Shown here piece after piece: positions 53,420-64,000 of a DNA stretch of 64,000 nt. Within the stretch, counting starts at the first letter, position 1; each line of letters opens with the position of its first letter. A program made the position numbers and the translations under genes. The notes below the pieces were generated by a model that worked only from the letters and a program-made list of their open reading frames with translations, had not been told where the DNA came from and did no database searches. The DNA comes from Balanoglossus misakiensis (lineage: Eukaryota; Animalia; Hemichordata), in NCBI GenBank assembly GCA_040954595.2, contig CM082592.2, positions 11,379,912 through 11,443,911 of the forward strand, given 5' to 3'.

Positions 53420-54373
53420 ATACAGATCAAGATCAAGCGGCGAAGCGCACGGTCATTTTAACACGAAAACACCTTTTGAACACACGCAACATTTATTAAG
53501 AAAATACTCCTCAACCGGGAAAGCGGAGAATACTTGGAAATTTCCGAAATCAAATATTGACTCATTTACCGATGACGTAGGCTGCAAGCTTAGTCGGACG
53601 GTGACCGGGGAGCATTATAAAGTTTCAACGACCCTGATACGTTCGAGTTTAAATAGTTTGAATTTTAGAGTAAGGTGTAAAAATCAACATGGATTACCGC
53701 GTCTAGCTCCATCGTTATTTATAATTGATTATTTGTTTATTTTACCATGGATCTGTTTTGTCCTCTGCGAATGACGACAATATTTTCCAAATTCGCATTT
53801 TGATGAGCGAACGTATTCGACGTCACGATGCCTTAATGTCGTCAACGTGTATCTGTTAATAAGTAATCTGTTTACATTATATTCAATAAATGTGAGAATT
53901 AGTGGAAAAATAATTGCGTCTGCATCCTGAACTGTTTTATGCCAATATATAACGGTGCGTTTTCTGAAACAACACTAGTTAACCCTCCGATCACATAAGG
54001 TGTATACTTCGAGAGTCTTGCACCTCTGAAAATTTCATACTCATTGCATCTAAATCTCGAATTCGAACCGGCCTCAAGTATAACGTTCTACTGAGTCGAC
54101 ACGGTAAGTCAAAACTTTCTCCAACTTCTGATCTGATTGTGAGAGTTTAGTTTTTTTATAATTATAACGTCACAACATCGCCATCGTCCATGAGCCGTTT
54201 TTGAGCTGACTGTCTATGAATATGTAACTTTTCTGCGGTTATACAGTGTACTGTAATGTACTCATACATCGACCCTCTTGAAATATTAAAGTTGTAGACC
54301 ATTTAGCTCCTAAATATACGGAATTACAATCACAGTGTTATGTTTTTATTATAGCCATTGAAAAGAACCCACT

Positions 54374-55329
54374 ATGTCTGCGGGACAGAGTAATTACATG
54401 CATGGAGATGGCACTGGACCTGTGATCATGCAACCAGTCTCAACAATGGAGGTAAGCACGGGAAATCAATATCTTTTTGGGGTAAAAAAAGCAACGACTT
54501 TGAACATGACTTAATCTTGACGCTGATAAACCCCTTTTATCTGTCAAATGTGGTGAAAGATATGTTCGACTGTTCAAGTTCCAAACAGTCAATGTTATCG
54601 TTCTATCGTGCTACCTACAGAAAGTCGTCATTGTGACTGATAACCCGGTAAATCGGGTCCCGCCAGGTCAATGGACTACTGGACTGTGTGGATGCTTCGA
54701 AGACATTGGAAGTTGTATGTACACCTTTGATGATCATTTATTCGTAAATGCGTCTTACTAGTAACATTATATGAGGGGGAGAAAGACGGACGGAAGAGAG
54801 CGACAATTTTAATGCAAAAATGTACAATGAGGAAGGAGGGGTACGGTGTTAAAATCCACATGCCATCTGGGATTTTCATTTTAATTTAAATGATCTATTT
54901 CCCTTTTCCAGGCATGGCGGCTTTCTTCTGTCTTCCATTCTATAGATGTTATCTTTCCGATAAGATGGGCGAACACTGTTGTATGCCAATGTGTGTTGGC
55001 AGTGATTTGACGGTTTTGAGGATGAAATTGAGAACGATGAGAAACATACCGGTAAGTAGCATAAGTCATGTCATTTCTGACAATCAAGTGCAGATATTCA
55101 ATTTATGGACAGTTGACGTTTAAAATAAATGTCTGTCGGAGTTTTGATGTTTTGGAGCTAGGGATTTTTGCTGAGTGGTCTTGTACTGTTTGAACATATC
55201 GTGATTTACTGTTGTTTCGTTTCTCAGGGTGGCGCCATCAGCGACTGTTGCGCTTCATTGTGGTGTGGATGCTGTACTGCCGCTCAGTTATCGCGAGAAT
55301 GGGACAATTCCGTCGTGGTCCGAAAATGA
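54374..55329 (+). CDS. PLAC8/cornifelin family Cys-rich protein, copy 1 (137 aa, 4 coding exons)
   Basis: Exons 54374-54451, 54621-54714, 54912-55051, 55228-55329. Motifs WTTGLCGCFEDIGSC, KMGEHCCMP, LRMKLRTMRNIPGGAISDCC, WCGCCTAAQLSREW. Confidence 0.92.
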
Positions 55330-55812
55330 CGAAAATTCAGAAATGGAGGAGGGGCTCGGCCACTTCCATCAGAAATCACGTGATCGCGAATCTGTATTTT
55401 TATATTTTATACACAAATATATCAAAAGAATTGATCCAACAAAGTACCAGAGTTAACGTTGCATCTTTCTTATTGCTTTTGTCTTAATGTAGGCAGTTGT
55501 ACATGTATTTCATTTCTTTGAGTCAAGAACTTACTATATATAGTTATGATACGGGTATATTATAACTCCTTGATAATTTGAAAATGACAGTTGGAATTTT
55601 TTCCGGGTTGTTTGATAACCTTGGGACAACCATGTCAAAATTCGTTTGCTTTCTTTGATGTTTTTTGACAGTGCCATAAATTTGCCAAGTAGTATCATGA
55701 CTCCGTGATGTCGTAACTAAATTTACCACGAATGGAGTGGGCACGTCGCTCCCGGGGTTACAAAACCTCAGTGCTAGGGTGTCTTTTTGTTGACGACACT
55801 TTTTTTTAGTTT

Positions 55813-55862
55813 AATAAACAACTGATCTTATACTGGGGGAGGGGAGGGGAGGGGAGGGGAGG
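55813..55862 (+). terminator. AATAAA followed by a (GGGGA)5 tract downstream of PLAC8 copy 1
   Basis: AATAAA at 55813-55818 and GGGGGAGGGGAGGGGAGGGGAGGGGAGG at 55835-55862. Confidence 0.4.
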
Positions 55863-57158
55863 TGATCGCGTGGGTGGACGATAACCAAAACCAGAAGCCC
55901 AGGCTCCGAATTCGAAACTCAGCTCAGAACCAGAAACTCGCTCACAGCAAGCAAATACACGAAAATTGAGAATCTTTACAAAGACAAAAAATCACGAAAT
56001 GACTAGTGGGCTAGTCAGAGGGGAAGGTAAACAAGCCCGGGTCAGGAGTGCAACTGACGTGGCCTAGAAGCTAGGCACAGATACAGCCCAATCATAGGGG
56101 TGTAACATTCACACTCTCGAGTCATCACATTAAAATTTGTTGCCGGTTAGAAGAAGCTTTGTTTTCATCACATCACCATGGCAAACGTGATGAAAGGTAA
56201 AATGGCGAATCATAAATAAAAGCAAAGAAGAACCAGGGCGATAAATGCAGCCCGAGGTACCCTACGACTGCAGAGGTTAAAAACATTGAATACATGAAGT
56301 AACACTATTCAACAGTAGGCGGTTCTTTGGATTCACAGGCATTTTTAAGACGCAATAAAACGTCTCCAGGTTGCCAGTGTTGTAAAATTGAAGTGGTTTT
56401 CACAAGATCTGTACATGTGTTTTTACAACTTCTAAAACCAATCACTTCACGCGGTACCTATATATAAATTTTGGCCTTTTGTAGTTTCTTGATAATTTGT
56501 ATCGATTAAAGTTTATTGTTCTACATCCAAGAATATGCTCAAATGGCAAGTGTTCTCTTTGTCAACATAAGCTTTATGTAATAGCCCACATCAACATACA
56601 ATTGTTGACAAATGATTCAACGCTGGACATATAAATTTACAAAACTAAAACTCCTCTATTGTGCATTTGGGGACTACGTGACCAAGGAGAACTTTGGGCG
56701 GAACTTTTACCTTTAATCTTTCATATGGTTTTGTCATTGTTTATTTATATGTTGTCTTGGCAATTGTCGCCAGGGATAAATACGTGCACGTGCACGCAAG
56801 CGAATTTAATTTATTGGCAAGACCCCGTAAGCCCTTGTTCTTGTGTATCGACGTCTTTGTCATTTCAACCAATGAATACAGTTCCTTTTGGGAGTATCTG
56901 CGTTTCTGTCTTTTCAGGGCCCAAAATCCGCGCTTTCACTGTCCCCCACTTCAGCGTATCTCGGATCGCTATCAAATTCTGTACCAGCAAAGCGAAAGTG
57001 GTCGAAAGGTGAGTATTTTTGTGTTTTAAAGAGACCAGTTTTACAGATCCTTGGCGCAGGGGACATTACTGTGACATATCGGGAAGAAACGCAATCGCTG
57101 TTGACTTTTCAAACGCCGCATATGTTCAATTTTTAAAATTTCAGTTGCAGATCGCAAG

Positions 57159-58528
57159 ATGGAGACTCAGTACGGACAGGACCCATATAAGCAAGATTTC
57201 CCAGTAACTCAACAGCCACAGCCACAGCCTTACGCCGTCGGTAACGTGACTACCCAGGTAACAATCCCGTCTCTAATACTGGCTAATACCGTTTCGCTGC
57301 CGAGTATGTAAAAGAACAGATGTGCAGATGACACACTTTTTGACAGAGACACACGCTGTTATGTTCCTGGCGAGATAAAATGGCGTCACCTTGACAAAAA
57401 ATATTTCTGTCTCACACAAGAAACGTATTCGTGAAAATAACACCTCTAAAGCCCAACAGTTCAGTGATAAGCTGCGGAACGGCATTAACAACCGCTTAAA
57501 CAAACAAAATATGTTTATCTAAATGTTTATGGATTTTGCAATCAGGATACGTTTATAGGCGAGGGGCGTGCCTACTTTCACCTTATTAACCATACCTGTG
57601 GCGTTGCTCTAATTTAACATATGTGGAATGTGGAATACAACTTTTAATAGAACCACCTTAGGCTACACCCGTATAGCCATTTCACAAATGACGAAATACT
57701 TAGACTACAGATTAAGACTGCCAAATCTACGTTTTCACTTTTAGCAAAATGTTGTCGTGATTCAACAAGGTGCTGCGGCCACTCCTATGGGTCAATGGTC
57801 GACCGGGCTCTGCGGATGTTTCGAGGACATGGGAAGCTGTATGTATAAACCATTTACATTGGAAGAATTCTTAAACCCCAAATGCGTTTATTTTAAAGAC
57901 AGATGTAAAGCAGCGACAGACCGACAGAGAACGGCAGACATTTGTAGACAGACAGCGGGAACCAACCAAAGTGAAAGTGAAAGAGGAGAGTTATTCCGGT
58001 GAAGTGTAAGTAGATCACCATGAAGGTTAAGTTATGACTGGAGCGCCCTCAAACGAGTGATTATTCGTCAACATGCTGCTTTCGTTTGCAGGTCTGGCGG
58101 CTTGGTTCTGTCTCCCATTTTTCAGATGTTACCTTGCCAGTAAGATGGGCGAGAGTTGTTGTATGCCAATATGTATTCCACAGGCCGACTTGATTATATT
58201 GAGGATGAAAATGCGTACCATGAATAACATACCGGTGGGTATCGTTTTTGAGGTCAATGGATTTCTTTCAAAATATTATTGGTATAGCCTAGTATTTGTA
58301 ATTGCTCAAAATCAACAAAGCACTGATCTCCAAGGAGAACTCCCACCAATTCACTTCACCCCCCCCCCAAAGAACCTGGCTGCTCCCTTATATTCTCTGA
58401 CGTTTAGGTGTCTTCATTTTCAGGGTGGCGCTATCAGTGACTGCTGTGCCGCTACGTTTTGCACGACGTGTGTTGCTGCCCAGTTGTCACGAGAATGGGA
58501 CAACACCGTAAATACACTCCCAAGATAG
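57159..58528 (+). CDS. PLAC8/cornifelin family Cys-rich protein, copy 2 (146 aa, 4 coding exons)
   Basis: Exons 57159-57257, 57745-57838, 58092-58234, 58424-58528. P/Q-rich N-terminus, WSTGLCGCFEDMGSC, MGESCCMP, GGAISDCC, AAQLSREW. AATAAA at 58939. Confidence 0.92.
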
Positions 58529-59378
58529 AGTTCGGAAACCAGTCTGAACGACAATGTGATGAAGAAACCGGAAAAAAATGACCTTCCACGCCCCGTCACA
58601 ATTTTTATAACCCTTTTAAACAGTTACTTTCTTGAGTACAGATCGACATCAATATCTTATACAGAGTTGTACTGTGTACAGCGTAACATATCACATGTGC
58701 CTTTCGGAGCTCTGCTGCAAGGTGAGGTCGAAGGCCGACTGGGAACTGTTGTCCTTACTTCCACTGCGGTTCGGTCATCGGCCTCTCTCGGCAGCTGTCG
58801 ACCTCCGAAAGACATCCAAGCAAACACCTTGTGTATCTCCGCTGCAGCTGCAGATGTCCTCTGAATCTAGTTTTCAGCAATCATGCTATTTTCAAAATAT
58901 CACGCTGTATTTGTCACATTTTTGTGGCTTTTGAAATCAATAAACCGTTTTGGTTTGTGCACATTTTAATTTCAATTTGTCCCAAGAATTTATTGATTTC
59001 ACTGGAGACGTCATCAGGACCTATTGTTCTGACAAAATACCCGAGGATAAGTCAATTAAAGGCTTTCAACAAAAAAACATACCCAGATCTTAATTTGTGC
59101 ACAAATATAATATAACAAATACATATTAATTGGGATTTTTTAATTCTTAGAGAGATTAAGATGAAATGTTTGATGTTACCTAGAGACAAAGCTGGGCAAT
59201 TATTCATATTGACAACTTTATCTCAAGGGCTTCATATTTTCTCAATAAATCTACGAAACTGACCAGTCATTTGTGTCTTATGACCGCCCTTGACATACCT
59301 CGATACTATCATAAAAATACCACCCACGTTAAAATAACTGAAATTTATCAGAGTTACTGACAACGTCCACTGTGGCAA

Positions 59379-59452
59379 CGACCGACCGACCAACCAACAA
59401 ATCGACCGACCAACGAACGAACCAATTGACTGACTAACTGACTCACTCATTC
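59379..59452. repeat. Compound degenerate tetranucleotide repeat (CCGA/CCAA/CTGA/CTCA)
   Basis: CGACCGACCGACCAACCAACAAATCGACCGACCAACGAACGAACCAATTGACTGACTAACTGACTCACTCATTC. Confidence 0.75.
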
Positions 59453-61096
59453 ACTGGACATCCATCTCTGGGGAAACAAGTACTTTCATCCGATCCACTT
59501 CTTTCATTTTTTCCACCAATTCCACAATTCCAAATATCAAGTTCAACTGATGTATGAGAAACCCAAAATGACACCAGCTACAGACAACAGAGGTTGGCTA
59601 CCAAGAAATTTGTGAACTTTACGCCACAGAAGATTTTGGCCGTGTCATATAAATTAGACATTGTCATAAATTCAGCCTCGGAGATATATGAGCGCATGTT
59701 GACATCCTTTGCGCATGTGCAAATAGTATGACTGTGCACCATTATACATGTATTTTGCTTTGTATTGACACTTGTTTGATAGTGGTGTCATACTGTATTG
59801 TATCCCACAGGAAAATTATTACACTACGTCATCAGGTCAGGTATAAAGCCTAACCCTGCATCTAAGCAAACGATTCGTATGATTGGTGTCAGCCCAGAGA
59901 GTCAACAGTTGCATTTCGGGTAATGAACCAATAGGAGTATAGGCCACTATTGCGACAACTTCATCAGTTCAACGCAGACTGTCGTTCAGAAGTTTCGAAC
60001 GAAATTTTCATGGTGAGAAATTCCTGAATAAGTCGGTTTTCATCATAGAGGAATTGTTCAGGTATGGCTGTTTTTTTCAACTCATACAAAAATGTCACAT
60101 CCTTGCTGTTAAATTCGACAACCGATACTTTCGATATGACAAAACTAATCATTATGGTGAAAAGCGTGCACGTTTTCTGCTACGCCTATCGTCAGTAGTG
60201 TATACATCGAACTTTACTTTACTTTTGAAAATAACAGCACATCGCTTCTCCTATAGCTTATTTCAGTATCAAGATTCCCCTCATTTGAAATTAAGTGTTG
60301 GCACGTACTTGGAGAGAGCGTGCTTTATAGTTTAGTAATTGGATGACAACATTCCTGACTGATCGAGACCTAAGCGCGAGCGTAGCACTTCTAAGATATT
60401 TCACACCAAGTTGATAACACGTACGCTGCAGTTTTAAGCGTGACTTGTATATGAGCGACTGTTATTCGTCATTTAGATTACGACGACCAGATCGAATGAA
60501 CATTGCGGACAACTGACGAGGTTTTCTTGATCAACAGGCTGTAGTTACTAAGTAACAAGTTTTGCGAAAAGATAGGCTTGTTTTGTTGGAATTATATGCA
60601 GTTATGAAAAGTACGGTCATAATGTTTTGATGGCGTTGCCAACTGAAACACGTCAACCAACCATCTTCAATAATATCTTGTTTGTTTTATTAAGATTGAT
60701 ATGCCTGATGCATCTACCGACTGTTATCAGATAAACTATTGACGTGAAATTTTGGCGCACCTTTATAGCAAATAATGGTGGTCACCGTCTTGTCACAATA
60801 AATAACTATTTCCACGAAGGTTCATTTCGAATTTCAGTGATTTCAAATTGTATGAGCATCGTCAAATCAAAGATTTGGTTAGTCGACCTGCGGTACTACG
60901 TGTTCCCCTAATCCTCTGGTATACATGAAAGAACAATCATCCCTAATTGTATATCTTATTTTTTGAGTACCTAGTCTAGTATTCAGTGTTACGTGTTTAT
61001 GCTTGAGTTGTTTGATTCCGTATAAATTGTACACTTTGGACAATAACTACTACCTCCTCCAATTGATCCAATTTCAGTGACTGATACGAATTCAAT

Positions 61097-62775
61097 ATGG
61101 ACACTTACGGACAGGAAATAAAGACCGAACAGCCATACGGCACAGATCCGATTCATGCACCGCATTACCAAACACAAGCGACAGCACCACCATACCAACC
61201 AACTACAACACAGGTATGATTGAAGTATTGGTCTCAGGGGAGGGGTACGAATGCCGCCGGTGGCTGATTTTTGTTTCGAAGTACCCCCACGGCGATTTGG
61301 AAGTGGTAACATTTTTAACAATCGGATGGAGTACTGCGGGAAGGTCTATATGTACACACGCCCATTTGTTTCTCAATACGATCCAATATAGTTGCTTTTC
61401 TGTCACAGAATGTTGTGATCATCCAGGAGCAACAACAAGTTGGCGGATGGAGTACTGGACTCTTTGGTTGCTTTGAGGACATCGGAAGTTGTGAGTATTA
61501 CGCATTTGCCGATTGGAAAATCTAATTCGTTGGTTTTAAAAAAGGTCTTCTACAAACTCTTCAGTGTAGTCGTGGCTTTAGTGGTATTTAGAGATTTGAC
61601 TCTGGGTGATTTACAAGATACAAAAATGCACTAACAACCGTACTGAGTCCCTGGCTACACACATAAATGTACTTAAAAGAAACAATATACACATCTCTAC
61701 CTGCAGGCCTTGCGTCTTTCTTCTGTCATCCATTCTACAAATGCTATCTGTCCCACAAGATGGAAGAAAGCTGCTGTGTGCCAATATGTCTTGGTGGTGG
61801 TGACTTGCCTGTCTTGCGAATGAAAATAAGAACAATGCAAAACATCCAGGTCAGTTCCTTGCTTGTTGGATTTACTCTCCGTATTCATGCACAGCTTCTT
61901 TCTTAGTTGTGATTTTGCGTAACAAATAATCTGAATATTGCCACTCGTTCCTCATCAATTATGTAATCATCATCATCAAATGAAATGGGCGAGGCACCAT
62001 CCACGCGTGTAATTTGCATCCAAGCCTGATCACCACCTGTTGACCATGCCAGTGACAGTTCGTGCGCGCATTGAAATCGGCACAGACAATAGACAAGACA
62101 CTAACGATCTGAGAAACCTCGTGAATACATGTACATTACATATTCATTTCCAATGATCTCAAATACTGAATTACAAAGAAAACGATGAATACCATTTCGA
62201 TGGTAAATTTACAATACCAATATCGCATAAGATGCCGTCATTTGCTTCACCTTTTCAAGTGGCAAACAAAAATACCGACCAAGAATATCGTAACAGGTGG
62301 ACGATCCTCTCAGTGCATTGAACCCAACATGGCCGTTATTTGCTCTCACCTTTCGGGTTGTTGGAAGCAACCAATTTCGCTTCTCCGTTGATTTGCGGCG
62401 ACGCCCATTTCTTTGAAAGCTGGTTTACGTACTCATGGAGTATTCACAAATCCACTCGGCCAAAATTTCGGGAAGAATTTCCATGACTTGAAGTGAAATT
62501 TGAGATAAATTTAAGCGCACGTTGGAAGAAATGTCCCTTCGGAAGCGTCGTCTGCTGGTCAATTTCTGCACTTCCGCTCCACGATTTCCCATGAAACCTT
62601 GCGCGTTCGCGAGATTCGCATTGGGTGTATGAAAGCTCTTCTGAATTTGTTCTTCTATTATTTCTTTCTTCAGGGTGGTGCCATCACTGACTGTTGTGCT
62701 TCTGTGTGGTGTCCGTGTTGTACCGCCGCTCAACTCTCGCGAGAATGGGAGCATTCCGTTATGCACCGAAAATAG
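61097..62775 (+). CDS. PLAC8/cornifelin family Cys-rich protein, copy 3 (147 aa, 4 coding exons)
   Basis: Exons 61097-61213, 61409-61490, 61707-61849, 62674-62775. Motifs WSTGLFGCFEDIGSC, MEESCCVP, GGAITDCC, WCPCCTAAQLSREW. AATAAA at 63080. Confidence 0.92.
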
Positions 62776-63520
62776 TTATCGAAGTGACGTGCCCCAGCTT
62801 TTTCGCCAACAAGTCACGTGACAAGGCCTTCAGAAACCTGACATCCATTGGCTCGGAATATATATGACAAGGCCAATCGAATTTAATTAATATACCGCTT
62901 TCCTCTGCGACCCAATAAGATTTTAGGATGATCAACATGGCCAAAGGCTTATAGGGCGTTATTTGCTAGGAAATTAAGGTTGAGCGGGAGGCTAAAATCT
63001 GTAGTCGAACCAATCAGAAACGAAGGAAACACCACACCGAACATAAAAGTTAATTCTTTGTACAGTACTGTTTTTGTTGAATAAAAGTAATTTGACGTGT
63101 ATTTCGAAAGTGAAATCAATTTGCATTGAGTGGTTGATTTATTCCAGTGGTCTTGTAAAGTACTGATGTGCTAAAACGACCAATATTCATAACTGTCATT
63201 GCGGTTACTTCACACTCCATTGTTCTGGCACAATCGAAAATGTTAATACGTCGATAAAATTCTCAATGGAAAATCCGTGTTATGTAAGAAAGGACCCGCA
63301 CTAGTAATGTGTTATACAGTCATAATGGCTTCTGGTGTCAATCGGACATGTAGTGCCAGCTGTCACAATTGCTTCTAAAGGTAAAAGGCACGGATGCGAC
63401 TCGCTACTGTCACTTCACAAGCGAGTAAGATTGCATTGGTACTCGGTGTCAGCTATCACCTTACAAACACCGACCTTCATTCCTGTCTCAACCGCTCTCA
63501 CACAGACAAGAGATGCAACC

Positions 63521-63754
63521 ATGTTTCGTGTCAGTTCCAAGGATTATGTAATTCAACACAACCGGGACTATATAGTCTTACTGGAGCAAAATGTCATATC
63601 TCTGGGATTTGCCGGACGTTTCCGATTACTATTCTGCTTTACTGCTATCATGGCTTCTTTTATAACCGGCATTTATTTACTGTATGCTGAATGTGACGGG
63701 CCTTTATTACCCATGGAGAAATTTGGTGTTGAATACAGCAACGGATCTGATCAG
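63521..63754 (+). CDS. Possible first coding exon of a type II membrane protein continuing beyond the window
   Basis: ACC-ATG start, upstream acceptor CTCTCACACAG at ~63505, 78 open codons including hydrophobic LLFCFTAIMASFITGIYLLYA, ending at CAG|GTATAT. No family recognised. Confidence 0.35.
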
Positions 63755-64000
63755 GTATATTCTTTGATATGTACACTGTGTGTATGAGTGCGTTTGTGTG
63801 TCTGTGTGTGGTAGCCTAGCTTACAACCCCGAAAACAAGTGCATTTGCCGATCTAGTAGTACTATTTCATTCAAACACAGAGCTAGAATAGGGTTTGACC
63901 AAGCATATTTACACTATTTATAAAGTGATCAATTGAACTAGGGCGTACAGCTGTGCTAGTTTTGACAAATATGTATCTATTTATACCAAAAACGCAATTG

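Noticed and set aside
53199-53774. 191-aa plus-strand ORF
   Set aside because: It has a non-ATG start and no recognisable motifs, and it overlaps the better minus-strand frame.

Overview
AT-rich animal nuclear DNA with GT-AG spliceosomal introns; a marine invertebrate is plausible but the species cannot be read from the sequence. Bases 1-~21,310 are a highly homogeneous 87-bp satellite array (~244 copies), and all ORF-track hits there are artefacts of its 29-codon period. A compact gene region follows, with exons assembled by hand. It holds a 16-exon LIM kinase (minus, 34,207-22,275) with a 1.1-kb TAA-flanked Harbinger-type MITE in intron 2, and a 15-exon SLC5 sodium/sugar cotransporter (minus, 49,191-37,663). 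It also holds a 5-exon 142-aa gene resembling DUF1499 with a hydrophobic insertion (minus, 52,432-51,036), three tandem PLAC8/cornifelin genes (plus, 54,374-62,775) and a possible first coding exon near the right edge. The best leads are the DUF1499-like gene, the dyad-symmetric satellite abutting the LIMK 3' end, a candidate LIMK2b-like alternative first exon, a 240-codon frame broken by one TGA, and a stop-free in-frame intron in PLAC8 copy 2. No multi-gene novel system can be demonstrated from the sequence alone.
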